A DNA stretch of 64,000 bases from the human T2T-CHM13v2.0 reference genome, Homo sapiens. Shown piece by piece: positions 28,784-42,059 of this stretch. Position 1 is the stretch's first letter, and every line of letters begins with the position of its first letter. Made by a program: the position numbers and the translations under genes. The stretch is taken from NCBI RefSeq assembly GCF_009914755.1, contig NC_060925.1; one strand, written 5' to 3'. The notes beneath the pieces are model-generated. The model did no database searches. It worked only from the letters and a program-made list of their open reading frames with translations, and had not been told where the DNA came from.

Positions 28784-31700
28784 CACCAATTTTACCACTC
28801 AAACCAGGAGCTACTACTGTGTAAATAGGTTACACCCCAGTTGAAATCTTTGCAAAGGTCGGTTCTATTCAGCGAACAGCACTATAGCAAAAGAAGATCG
28901 TTCCATATTGTACGCCCCATTAAATTACAGTGTTTCTTAATGAACTTGCAAAGGAATATTGCTAAAAACAAACAAAAAAAACTGTTATCGAACTTTCTTT
29001 GTTGCTGCTAGTTAAAACTTGTTGCAACTTTTCACTTCTCTTGTGTCCAGGTATGCAGCAAAATTCTGCAATTTCACCTTAAAGATACTGTTGGTTTTAC
29101 AGATGCTCTCCAACCTATTTTCTATAAGATGAGGTAGTGGTGAACTCAGATAACAAACTTCTCTTCTAAACTGGTTCTGCTTCTAAGACAAGCATCTCCT
29201 GCCCTCTCTCCTTCCTCCCCATCTCTCGCACGCAGTCTAGAGATGGACTGAGCCTTGCTTCTCACTGGCAGTGTTGAGCTTTGGAGATGGGATGGTTGCT
29301 ATGCCAAGCCTTGTTTCTCTGCTCAGAAGAAGTAGAGAAGCTATTATCAATTAAAAGCATGCTGTGATGTGACTCCTGGAAGTGACGTAGGAGTGAGTGG
29401 CAGGTTGTTTGATTTAATAGGTATCTTAATCAAGAATTAAGCTTGCAACATTGGCTTTGCTCAGATGCAGATGGAAGTGTGATCACAATCATTTTGAATC
29501 CCTCTTCCTCACTTTTTTTTCTAAGAAAATAAACATTTTACTGTTTTTATGGATCCTTGTCTTCTCCCATTCATCCAGCTCAGTGTTTTAAGATGATCCT
29601 GGGTGCAGAAGTTGAGCCCTCCTTTGCATTGACACTGATAATTAGCCTATAGGGCTCCCTACCCTTCCATTAAGAATCTACCAAGCATTAGCAAGGCTGA
29701 AAGTGGTCTAAGAGGTGAGGGGACATCCTATGACTTTTTAGGAAGGCCTGAAACCACCTTGTTACCTTTCATTTTGTTAGCAAATAAACCATCCTATTTT
29801 GTAACTCTCCCCCTTCAAAATGCTACATGAGCCTTGCCACTTCCTTTTTCTCTTACTTCCAGCACACTAGACATAGCAAAAGTGTTTGCCTACTCAAAAA
29901 CATAATACTTTTATGCTGATGATGGTATTTGGAGATGTGAAAGCCAAAAGCCCCTGGCAGTGGTGGGGAATGTTGACTGAGTGTTCAGCAGAGTTTATTT
30001 TTCCATACTATATGAAGAGAATGATCTCTTCTCAAAGACAGAAGTGATATTTTTAACAAATATTGTCACAAGTAAATAGCAATCAAAAGGAGAAAATAAC
30101 TTTTGTATTTTTTTAATGTGTTTGATAGCTTTGACGAGGGTTCTCTTTGTTACTTTCAGGGGAGGGCATCCTATTAAATGCCACGCCAGCAGTCCGGGTC
30201 TGGGTTTGTCCCACAAAATCACAGGAGCACTGTATGTTCCTCTCTTTTGGAGTTGTGACTTTGAAGGGCCTCAATATTAGCCACACTGCCGCCTGCAGAA
30301 GGTGGAGAGTTAAGATGTTCTATGTCAATTTGCTCTTGCCGAAAAGATGAGCCTCGATTTTAAAATCTATCCACATCCAACTGATGGCACCATTGATGTG
30401 CAAATAATGAGATTCCCTATCTCCTTTTAGACCTGGGACGGCAAAAGGGAAGGGAAGGAAACTTAGCAGAGTGCTATTGACTATAGATTCACATATTAGC
30501 AACAAAATCCCGTAATTCTTTTGGCCAACAGCAGCTATTTTGGGGAGCAGCTGTGGCTGTTACATAAATAGAGATGCAGCCAAAATTTTAGGCCTTTTAT
30601 CCTGCTTCTAGCAGAAAAATGCAGGGAGAGTCAAGTAGTCTAGGGTTTCAGGTTGCCTCCCCTCATATGGTTTTTGGCCAAGTGACTAAAACAGTTTTCC
30701 ACAACTGTAAACAAACTGCTAAGCCCCACCTCAAACTTGTTCACTGGGGACTTTGCTTACCGTTCTGTGGGTGACCTTTTCCGGGATTTCTTGTTCTTAT
30801 CAAGCAAGAATTAAGCACATGCTAAACGTCTTCCATTTGACTTCTCTACTCGGTGTCTCAGACAGTGTCTTCCCAGAAAACCACCACCCTCTACCCAAAG
30901 ATGAAACATGCTCATGTCATTTTTCTCATGGTCACATTTAACAGTTTTGACATGTTATACTTGCGCATAGATCCAAGCGTTTCTTGGGAACCTGACTTTT
31001 GAGTGTTTAATAAAGCCGGAAGTGGTGTTGCCCTGAACCAGCAGATTTTCACCTGGGTTCTGGCTCCGGTGTTTAACACTGGATACATCTTTGATGTGCG
31101 AAAGTGAGTTCATCTTCAGACACATTTGGTACATCCAGAAATAGATCCAAGAAATGGGGTGGTTGAGTGGGTCCGCACGAAATGCTTGATTATGTCAGCA
31201 ACACCCAACACTGTCTGTTTTCCATTTGTTGGTTTTAATCATAAAATTGTCAAGTGATTCGTGTTTGTACTTTATTTTTTTGTGCCTTCTGAAAGGATCT
31301 AAAACAAAAATATTTTGCCTTTTTTTCCCCACGTGTATCTGAACATTAAGCAGATTGGCTCAGACACAATGAAAAGGATAATCCAATGTACGTGCTGGTG
31401 CACTCTGCTAGTTGTTATCTCTGTAGGGCTCAGGAAGCTGGAAGGAGGAAGGGAGGGTAAGTGGCCTGGTGAGTGGAGGTAGAAAAATGATGAGAAATGA
31501 ACTGAGAGCATTAAGCAGAGAGGGTTGATAGGCTGGCCGTGTCCGGGGTGAAATTGGAAATCCAGCTGCCTAGTGGCCAGTGGGTGGGGCAAGACTGTCA
31601 ACGAGATTTACAGCTGGCTTACACATGCCTTATGTCCTCTGAGTTGTAGAGTTGTAAAAGTTCAGCAGTGTGTGCACAGCTTTCTTTTGGTTGGCAGAGA

Positions 31701-33169
31701 TTCAGGATCATGGAGTACTGCTCTCATAATTGAAGACGTGTTTGTTATTGGCAGAGAACCTTAAAAAAGGCCTTTACCTCAGCGATGCTTCCTAGCCCCA
31801 GGCTTGCAGAGAACACAGAGTGGTGTTGTGGTCTATTTAGGGACAAAGAAGGTATAAAGTCCAGAGATGAGAAAACTGGGTCAGCCCTCAGAAACTGCAG
31901 CAGCCACGCACACAGAAGCCTGCTGGAAGACAGGTCTCTCTCCGTCCACAGTGCCCATCATCTGAGCCTGGGCTGGGATGACTCAACTTAGCAAAGACGG
32001 ACCCAGGAGGAGTGCTGGTTCTTCAGTCTTTGTACTGGCCCCATCCTCTCCTCACTGTAATGTGAGGAAGCACCTCTGTGTCAGGGCTCACCTGGGCATC
32101 CAAAGCGGCCACGCCCACAATCCGACAGCCCCCAGGAGCAGGTCCAGGGATGATGCAGCCCCCTTCTTGGTCCCATGTGATGTCATCCTGCTTTGTTATC
32201 TTCTTATAACTTTATCCTGCTATAACTTTATCCTCTTCCCAGCCTCATCCCTGTTTTTCTGTTAGGGCAAGACTCTTCCATAAGCCTGCTAAAAAACAGA
32301 GATGATACCTCTTACAAACTTTACCTCATAGCCTGTGAAGCAGGTTGGCATGTGGATTACAAGTCCTGCTTTGACACTGGGCAAGAATTTAAGATTGTTC
32401 TATCTCTACTAGTCATAGAAAAGAAACATTGTTAAACATGTTGAGTTTTAAAGGAAGAAATATTTTCAAATTCTTAATCCAAGAAAATACTGAGTTGGAA
32501 TCTTAGACTTCGGGACTCTGACACGTTCTTTATGAAAGGCAAAATAATTGGTATCTAAAGTTCTCTCCTTCCTGCCTCCCCTAAAGAAAAAGGATATTAG
32601 ATTGCACACTATAATTTTACATAAGATCTGCCTTCCACACTTCCCTGCTGGAAGGCATTCTCAGAGCTTTATGTCTTCGTACCTCTCAGAGATTGGACTT
32701 TTTCTTGTTTAAAACCCCAACCAAAAAAAATAATAAGGCATGATTGGTGGGGAGGGAATGTGTATTTAGGGGCATAATAAAAAGGTGGCTCGAAGCAGGA
32801 ACTTTGGCCTCATGGTGTCATGGGTGGATGCCTGGACTCCAGTGTGCCTGTGAGGGGCTGGGTTAGGCAGTCGGCTGTCACACTCACATGTGCCTGCAAT
32901 AAACCTTTTGGAATTTCATGAACGAGGTCTATGAATTGCCTTTTGCCAATGAATGGATGTATTTTTCCAAGGGGGGAATAGTATCCTTGACTTTGGCAGT
33001 CACCTTTTTGTATGTCTCTAGAAAGGGGTCAAAAAACTATGGTAAAGATGAGGCTTATGAGTGAATACCTCTGGGACAAACCTTAGGACTCACAAGCTAT
33101 GCCATGTTTTTCAGGAGACTCTTGTACCTTATCTGGAATCTAATCTTGGGAGAAGAGGAAAAAGGAGCT

Positions 33170-33335
33170 AATATTTGTCATTTATACTCACTCTGTGCCA
33201 GATACTGTGCTAGGCATTTTATAATTGTTTTGTGTCATCCTCATGATAATCCTGTGAAGTAGATCTATTACCCCCGTGTTCTAAATAATAGATCTTAAGT
33301 GTGGAATGCATCTATCCAACATAAATGCCCATGTT
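33170..33335 (-). mobile_element. MIR fragment in 3'UTR
   Basis: CACTCTGTGCCAGATACTGTGCTAGGCATTTT...ATCCTCATGATAATCCTGTGAAGTAG. Confidence 0.65.
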
Positions 33336-35315
33336 GAAAGAAGGAAAGATGTCATTCAAGTATTTTTCAAATTCTTTTTATTATGACTATGCCCTTCGCA
33401 ACACTGTGAAAACAACCCCTGGGGGCATCTGCCTTCCAGAATCTCTCTCTGGCTTCTCACCAGCTTGGTTTCCTCATGGGGAGTGTTTTATTTGGCCTCC
33501 CCTATCTGAGCTGCACACACACCAGGGGAGGCCACTGGCTAACAGTAGGACTTCAGTGCCCTGAGGAAAAGGCTTTGGGAATTTAGGCACACGTTTCTCT
33601 CCTTGGAATCCTTCTAGCATCTGGAAAAGGAACCTGGTATTTCTGCAGTTAGATACCAGATGCAACCAGAACAGGCTTTCGAGTGCTGTGATTTCTTTCC
33701 TGGGTTCCCAAGTCTTGTTGTTTCATCACAAACTGTATCTTTTTAAGGTTAAAAGTCTTGACCTTCATGGGGGTCTGGGACAATCCGATCTCCAAGCATG
33801 GAGGAAAGGCAATGCCTGGACCACTGACTTGCATTGAAATCCTTTCTTGTGGGCTAGGGTTTGATGTCTCTTTTTCATCTTTGGACTGGGGATCTGCATC
33901 TTCCAGGTCCATTTAAGCACTGAAACTAGATGCAAATCTCTTTCGAGACCTTACATGTTTTAGATAGTCATGTAATGACTTGGATAGACATTTAAATAAC
34001 TTGTTCCAAGGTCGGAAGAGCCCAAGAACTCCTCAGAGTTCCTCTTCTTGCTTCTTGAATCACATCCTCTAAAGATGACTCATGTCTCCATAGCAACTGT
34101 TAAAGGTGCTGCCTAGACGGGACCCGCTCCCACCTTTACTTACTTTGCTCGAAGGAACCAAAACAATGTCCTTGTGTAAAGGGGCTGTCATATCCAGTTT
34201 TCCTTTGAAATCTGGCCCCCAAGATCCTGCTTCTTTCTAACCTGGCAGCTGTCATGTCCCTTCAAGATGATGTGGGAAATGGCCCTTACAACTTGGGAAC
34301 CACAGAAATTGCTGTATTTCGGGAAGATTCACCTCTAAACTGAAGGCTTCATTCTGATAGTGTCTGCCCTCTCTACCCTGATTTCGCCCTTCTTTGCTTC
34401 CATTTTTAGCCCAAGGCTTTGAATTTGATTGAGTAAGACTTAGAGGCAGTATAAAGAACACCATAAACTTAGGCAGAGGTCCCTTAGGGTCTCTAGAGTT
34501 GAAAATAATTCTACAGCCTTAGGGGGACCTCTTGGCATTGACTCTAAAGGGAGAGAATAGCCCCTGTGTCCTGGCATTTCAGTCTAGACCTTCAAGGACT
34601 GTTCTCTCTTGACAGGCAAGCAAGCAAAGAAAGTTTTGCAATAGATTTCAAGCCAGTTTTTCCATTCAAACCAAGATGCAAATTCATAAAATTACTCTTT
34701 TCCTGGAATAGATCCAGGCAGCTGCCTTATTAGAACTTTAGATTCGGATCTATTTTCTTAACACACATACACATACACGCGCATACATACATATACAGAG
34801 AGATACGTGGAGAAAGGAAATTTACTCTATCATTGCAATACTTCAAGAAAGAGCTGTATTTTGCCTTTCTGTAATCTCCAAGATAGTGTCTAGGAAAGTA
34901 ATAGTATAACTATAGGGATACCGAAACAGGAAAAACCAGCCATCACTCTTGAGAAAGTTTGAGTTCGACTCACATGGGAGAATCGAGGTCTGCTACTCGT
35001 CTTGCTTTGTGCCCCATCTGTGCCTGGATGCCCTACTACATCTGCTTGACTCGTCTGGGCTGCTAGCCGGGGTGTTGTGGCTGACATCCTTTCCTGGCCT
35101 TACACACATAATAGACACATCCCTAACGGCGTGTGCCTGGTCCAGCCACATACAGCCACCACATGTGTCACACACTGTCCCCCTCATCCATGTGGACTTG
35201 ACTGGCATTTCAGCAGCTCCACTGGGATGCTCTAACCCCAGTGTGTGGAGTTGGGGTCCCTTCATCTAGGTTGACCCAGGTATAGCATTTTTAGCATTGC
35301 CTTTCCAGTCTTGAT

Positions 35316-35720
35316 GATTCATTCATTGAACTCATTTATTTCTGGAGCCCCTGGTACACTCCAGGCACTGCGCTAATTGCCAGCAAAGCACAACTGAACT
35401 AAATCCACCTTCAAGGAACCTAGCCATAACGAGGGAGGCAGCATGGAAGTACCCTACAGGGGAAAGTCCTGAGTGCTGTGGGAGCATCTCACCGTGGCAG
35501 CCAGCCCAGTTTTGGCAATCAGGGGCTTCCTGAAAGAGGTGACATCAAAGCCCGGATGTGTCAGAGGACTGAGGGAGAGTGTTACTAAAGGACTTTCAGG
35601 CTGAGAGGATAGCACAGGACTCAGCCCAAAGGAGGGCCAGTGTGGACTGTCCAGGGCCAGCCTGCAGTACAGAGGCTGGAGCTTGGACTTGTAGAGGGAG
35701 AGAGAAGAGCAAGGGACGTG
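35316..35720 (-). mobile_element. L2 fragment in 3'UTR
   Basis: ATTCATTCATTGAACTCATTTATT...CCAGGCACTG...GGCTTCCTGAAAGAGGTGACAT. Confidence 0.6.
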
Positions 35721-37038
35721 GACGGGGCAGTGAGCCAGGCTAGCCACAGAGGGTTCCCGGGGCTTTGCTGGGGATTCAGGGAGCATAAATAAGAGCTTTA
35801 GGTGGTGCTGTGTCCTCTGCAGCCCACTGCTGAGGTCCTCCAGACAGGTAAGGTGTGGTCACAATCAGGGCCGGGGTTTCCCTGCTCACTGCGGCAGTGC
35901 AGGGGTGCTTGCTGAGATGATTCATCCCAGGGTGTCCTCTGTCCCTTACCCAGCCCCAACTCCTCTTCCTCTGCCAAAAGCTATTTGAATTCAAGGACTT
36001 TAACCTGGGCCGGATCTGGTTTGGAGACAAAGGGGACAGCTCTGGGTCAGCATGACCTTCTTTAGAGCCACTAAGGCGAAAAATACCGTTTGGGACCAGG
36101 CTGGCCTAGACCCAGGGATGAGAATGCACCCTAAAATAAATATACGGGAAGCAGCAGAGGGCTTCCCTGTCTAGTGTGTGATCCTAACTAAAGGCAGCTC
36201 TCTTGGACAGCCTTCCCCTGGATTAGGTCACATACACCTGGTGGCCAAGCCTCTGCTGGGTCCCAAATACACACCCGAGTCCTGCCAAAGAAAGGAGATT
36301 TTTAAAAAGCACAGACAAATTGTATGCAAGTGGAAAATACCCATAGGCCTAGACAGCTGTGGAGGGAAGACCTCGTGGGTACCTGGAGGCTGCCAGAGCT
36401 GGGAGCTCTGCAGGTATGAGTCAGGGAAGGCTCAGAGACAAGCAGAATCTCTCTATGGAGACAACTTGCAGTGCCTTTTAGGTTTTCCAAATAACCTCGG
36501 AGTTCAGAGCATTGGGTTTTTTTCTCCCCTCCCCACCCCCAGAAAAATAATTAGAAAAATGTTTAGGAGAAAGGAAAAGAATTAGATGCATCAGAATACC
36601 AGCTATAAGCCAACACTGTTTCCAGAAACTCAAGAAAAAGCTCAAACAGAAGACAGTTCCCCCGAGAGGCTGGAGGCGTTGGTGCTGAAGGCAATTTTCC
36701 TAGCTAAGGGGCACTGGGCCTTGCTGCACCTTGGGGCTGACCTTTTTTGCAAAACACCCACCCCTGCCCTCCTGGCATACTCAACAGCAACGCCAGCTTT
36801 CTGGACCCTTGGAAAGATGTTAGCTCAAACACCCACTTTTTCCAGATCTTCCTCTTGCTCTTCACTGAGGAATTTGTAATTCTGAGGCTAGCGATGCCGA
36901 CTCGGATATTCCGCAGGCCCAGGTGTTTAGATTAGAATTTGTCCAGCGGTAATCCTGATGCTGGAAACCAACAAACATTTGGCCTCATATTCACCCATTT
37001 AAAAACTAGAGCCCCTGGCAGGTCCCCTTAGGGCCATG

Positions 37039-37098
37039 TGTTCATGGAATATAAGCCAAGTTTGCCTTAGGCTTGTTCATGGAATATAAGCCAAGTTT
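37039..37098. repeat. Exact 25-bp direct repeat, period 35
   Basis: TGTTCATGGAATATAAGCCAAGTTT at 37039 and 37074. Confidence 0.9.
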
Positions 37099-38225
37099 AC
37101 CTCTCCCCATTTTCTGCCCTGGCCCACTTCCCACTCACCTCCACCTCATTGCCAGGAAGGGATCAAAATGCCTCCATGCCAGTTGTTAATGGCTACATAT
37201 TTGCCCTTCCCAAGGGTATTTGCATTTTATTTAGGAACATGGCCTTATATTCAAGGAAAATCTAGCATCAAGATTACGAGGCATCACCTCTCAATCAGGT
37301 CTGGGAGGTATCTTGGGGCATTGCTCTTCTGAACACCTGCAGAGGCTTCCTCAGGTGAGTGTGGGAGCCCGGAAGGGTGGCCTCCCTAACCACTCTGCCT
37401 GCACATGAATTCTCCAAAGCAGTGGGCCCCCATCTGTTTCAATTACACATGCCTGTCAGCAAAAACTTCGTGAGATGCACTCTCTCTGTGTGTTTATTAA
37501 TTTATTTAAAGCATATATCCCTTTACTTTTGTACTACTATATTAGGCACATTATAAAAAGTATACAGCATAGAAACTTTAAATGAATAAGACACAAAATA
37601 TTATAAACAGAGGTTCTGGCATTTTCTCTCTGAACTCCTGAGGGGGACCTTGGGCACCTCCTGGTATGTGCACACCCCACTTTGAACACCCTTGCTTTAG
37701 TGCAAATCAGCACGCCTAAATAGCATCCCAAACCACTGTGCGACATTTGGCCTGCAGAATAAGAAAGTCCTAAGGCAGAATCCCCAGGAACTTCAAATCT
37801 GGGAGATGAGGAAAGAAAACTCACTCACAAACAACATAAATGTAAATAATTCAAAACCCTAAAGGAGAGCTGTCCCTAGACAGTAGTGGCTACAGGTGCT
37901 AAGCAAAAGTCAGGTACACTGGACAGAGCCATGCGATTGATTGTTCATCTTCCCTCTCCGGGTCTCCAGAAAAGGACACTGGCAATATCCCCAGCTCTCT
38001 CCTGATTGGAATTCTTTGAACCCTCGAAGTGCTCCAGCAGTACTACCCCCCACGTAGCAGTGGGCCCATGTCGCTTGAATATTATTTTTGACTTGACCAC
38101 CAAGATGTAATGATGATTCTATTCCATTTTGAAAAGGGTCTGAGAAAGTGTACAGGTCTAATTATATATACATATTTATACATGTGTATTTTTGTTTATT
38201 GTTACATTTTGACATTGGACTTTCT

Positions 38226-38290
38226 ATTAAATAATTTTTAAGAGTTGGCCTGGCTTTGTTCTCTTTTATGTCTTTCTTCTTTCCTTTCTC
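38226..38290 (+). terminator. Distal polyadenylation site
   Basis: ATTAAA at 38226-38231; upstream U-rich region with TGTA motifs; downstream GU/U-rich TGGCTTTGTTCTCTTTTATGTCTTTCTT. Confidence 0.7.
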
Positions 38291-39524
38291 ATGGAGGAGG
38301 CCATTGTAAATATCTGCAAAAGACCCTGTTAGTGTCCTTGTCCCTCCTCTCTTTTTGCCTTCCCTATTTCGTGTACATAAGGGCTTCTCTTACCATTCGT
38401 AAATGTTCTGTTTTTACTGGATATGTGGTACAGCAGGCACCCATATGGAAGGCCCCCAACCTTGTTGTCACCTCCTCCAACTTTCAGGGACAGCCCACAC
38501 TGTCCTATCAGCCTCAGCAAATTCACAAATTCAGACCTGATGAAGGTGCAAGAATGGGCAATGCATAAAATAACGCCATGAGCCTTCTCTCCTGCTCAAT
38601 CCCCACCACACACAGACGCGCACACACACACCATGTGCACACACACAGTCCTGTCTATGAGACCTTGGACAAGTCATTTAACCTTCCGGAGCCTACTAAA
38701 AACAATCATTTTCTCATGAGTTTGACTTGAGGAGATCCCACAGGAAGTGCTTAATGAACAACCTTCTGTTACACAATGACTCTTTTTTGTTTATTCATTC
38801 TACTCATTCAGCTGACATTTGTTAGTTGTACAGTGTATGCCAGGGCCTGGGTCACCCACAAAGGGGCTCAGGGATGTGTGAATTTAAGGAATTCCCCACT
38901 CCAAGGTCAAAGGCCAGAGTGGCAGCATGAAGAATGAGGCCAGTACCATATAGTTTCTCACATACCCCACTGTCAACTATAACTACCTGGCATGTTTTAG
39001 AGGCTGAAAACATATGGATTCTCCCACTGCACTGGCCTTCCAGGATTTACCGAACAGAAATACGCACACACATGGACAAACGGTCTCAGGGCACTTTGTC
39101 AAAGCATGAAGCCAAAAGCTGTTTCCCTCTTCTCTGTCTTCACTGTCGCATGAGCCTGTTCATTTCTGACAAGCGTTGGTCCCATCAGCCCAGCCAGCCT
39201 TCCGCCCTCCAGCCTTGCTCTTGGGAACAGATTGTCTTCATGATTTCCAACTGGTGTGGTGAGAAGGAGGGAGGGAGGGAGGTCAAGCCAAGGACAGGGG
39301 AAGGAGTTGATAACTATTCCTAGGCTTCTTCCTCCAAGCCATGGAGCTGGAAGTTCAGATTTGCTGCTGAGTTTTATGAGCTGTCAAATAAGGCAAAAGG
39401 AAACTTGGGACCCAAACTTGTTCTTTCAGTAACAACAAACCTGTTTCTTCCAGCAGAGGCTTACTTGAAATCACAAAGGCCAGCCAAGCTGAAAGAGCTC
39501 CCTAACTCCACCTACCTTCCCCTG

Positions 39525-39562
39525 TCTCTCTCTCTCTCACTCACACACACACACACACACAC
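39525..39562. repeat. (CT)n(CA)n compound microsatellite
   Basis: Read directly. Confidence 0.85.
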
Positions 39563-40524
39563 AAAGCTGGTCTCCCGTACCTCTGACTGGAACTTGGGGA
39601 GCTTCCTTAGTCTCATGCCGAAGAGGAGTCAAGCTTAGGAGACCTCTGGTCTGCTTCTTGGTGCTCCCTGAATGCTTGTTAGTGACGTCAGCTTCCAGTT
39701 TACTGGTAACAGCTGGACTGCTGCCGGAGGCCAGTAACCTGGAGTTCTCTTGCTTGGAAGCAGGTGATGGGAAGTGGGATGTGAGTGATGGAGGGAAAAG
39801 GAAGCTCAACTCCACCGAGCCTCAACACTTGATGGATGGGGCAAAGTGAGGAAACAGACCACAGAAGCACAGGAGTAAGCCACTGTTTCTGCCCCTCAAG
39901 GGTCTCCAGGCCACCATCATCCCTGCCACTGGCACTGCCCAACCTGCCACTTCCTTCTACAAAGCTGAAATGCAGTAATCTGATGGAGGACACAAACCTT
40001 TAACTTCCTCAGTTCACATCACGTTACTAATCCAGCCTCCTACTCTCCAGCAGCACTCAGCTTCCATCTGCTGGCCAGCTCTTTACGTGGTCCTCTCCTG
40101 ACACTACCACGTTCCTTTGCCTATGCTGGCTCTTGCTGTCCCTTCGCCAAGAAAACTCTCCCATTTCTCCTTCCCACTGGGAACCAAGCCTCCTCTGAGT
40201 TCCAGTTAATATTGAGCACTCACATGAAGTCTTCTCACCGTATGACCTAACATATGCCCTTCGTTCCTGCCAAAGAACATTCCCTTTAGGAGGGGCCGGG
40301 TGTGGGTGGCAAGGTGGGGTAGGAATCCCTGACAAGGATGATCCAGGGAGAATTCTGGTGAGTAAGACCTGGTCTTCAAGTGCAACTTGGTCTTCAAGAG
40401 CCAAGTTGCCATGCTGAGGAAGGGTGACCCCAGAGCAGAGCCTAGGCCAGGTGAGGAGCAGGTCTGAGAGACGCGATGATCACAGAGAGTGGAACACCTG
40501 TGTTTAAGGACATGGCTACAGAAC

Positions 40525-40950
40525 ATACATTGTAAATAATGTTATAGCATTATTTCTAACAGTAAAAAATGGGACACAATCTTAGCACCCTTCAGAAAAA
40601 GAATGAATAAATAAATAATAATGAAGTTGATCTTGTATCAATAGGGATAAACCTCAGAAATACAACAGTGAATGAAAAACACACAAAGGATACAGTATGA
40701 CACCATTTATATAAAGTTTGAAAGCTTGCAAAACCATATCTATTATGTGTGGATACTTACATGTATAGTAAAAGTATAAAAACATACATGGAAAACATAA
40801 ATACCAATTTCAGAAGAGCAGGAAGAAGGCAGGAAATGGCACAGGTGAGGGTTAACAATGTTCTAGTCTTTTAAAACATCAGCTGAAGAAAATATGGAGA
40901 CATAGGGACAATATTCTCTATACTCCTGCGTGCTTGTACTATTTTATCAT
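40525..40950 (+). mobile_element. Old L1M 3' fragment
   Basis: GTTATAGCATTATTTCTAACAGTAAAAAATGGG...ATACAGTATGACACCATTTATATAAAGTT. Confidence 0.6.
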
Positions 40951-42059
40951 TTTTAAAGGAACAAAGAGTGCTCTAGGAGCAACTTCATGTTGGTGATAGA
41001 CTGCAGCTGGTTGAGCTTTGGGTGCTGCAGTCAGCCACAGGTGAGAACGGTGACGGTGTGACAGGGAATGGGCACCACTCCTCTCAGAGCTCTGGTGGCT
41101 TTTCAAATCTGCTTCATCTCCTATTTCTGTGTCCTTGTCTCTAGTTTTCATATGTAGATGACATGGGAAGGAGACAAAGTTTTAACTTCCTCCGATCACA
41201 TCATGTTACTAATCCAAAGTCCCAGACTGTCTCTTCCTCTGAAGTCCCACAGCTTTAGTATGCTGCATGTGGGATTGGACCTCAACAATTGCTTTCGGAT
41301 CAGATCTCACTCATCATCTTTGCCCTGGATGAGGCTCTATTCAGTCTTCTTGGGTGTGTTACAATTTGGCACAAAACATCTTGTCCACATATATGTTCCC
41401 CCCAGGGCTGCCTGCCCCCCCCCACCCACCAGACCCTCACACACAGCCCTTTTGGACTTGCCACAGCTCTTTCCACAAGGACTCAGAGTCCCTCAGGGGA
41501 GAGCACCCCCCAGAGTTTTGAGCAACATTGACTGACTGGCTGAGATGACCTGGGACAGCAGGTCCCACTCTGCAAATGCATAAGAAGAATCACTGAGGAG
41601 GCTTGAAATACACACATACACGTGCACACACACCCACACACACACACATGGCCTCTGACATCTGACCCCTCAAAAGGTCTCATTTGTAACTACTGGAGTG
41701 GGGGATTCTGACAAGTACCAAGTTTGGGAGCCGGGATCTACAGTGTAGTAAACAGTGGCAGGTACAGAGTAGAGCTGGAGGAGAATGAGAGCACGCAGTC
41801 TGTTGCAGACAGGGATTTCATAAGACTCAGTGAGTTCTTCAGTGCAGTTTCAGACATGCCTGCCAATAGGTCTCCCTCCAGAAGTTGGTTCTCCAAGAGT
41901 TGTATGGCTCAAACAAATGGTATTAACCATGGATAGATGCTAAAGATGAATAGAGGTTGAGAATCTGCTTCCTCACCACCAGAAAGAGAAAAAAGGAGGT
42001 GTCACTTGGTCAGAGCCACCTTGTTGATTCATTGATGGTCTCCTTTGGGCCTCTGTCAT

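Larger units (their letters stand above)
28784..38250 (+). other. C1orf21: C1orf21 long 3'UTR (~9.5 kb; 3' end inferred)
   Basis: Repeat-poor sequence after the stop; well-formed distal poly(A) site; consistent with my recollection of a ~10 kb mRNA. Confidence 0.7.

Noticed and set aside
28781-28828. Stop-codon read-through of C1orf21
   Set aside because: Context TAG CAC CAA matches neither the UGA-CUAG nor the UAG-CAA-UYA motif; the extension would be only 14 codons.
33402-33410. Overlapping miR-128 and miR-27 8mer sites (CACTGTGAA)
   Set aside because: A single occurrence in a 9.5-kb UTR cannot be separated from chance without conservation data.
36178-36879. Abutting 135-aa and 97-aa ORFs in the 3'UTR
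   Set aside because: No recognisable homology, the first starts at GTG, and there is no supporting exon structure; ribosome profiling would be needed.
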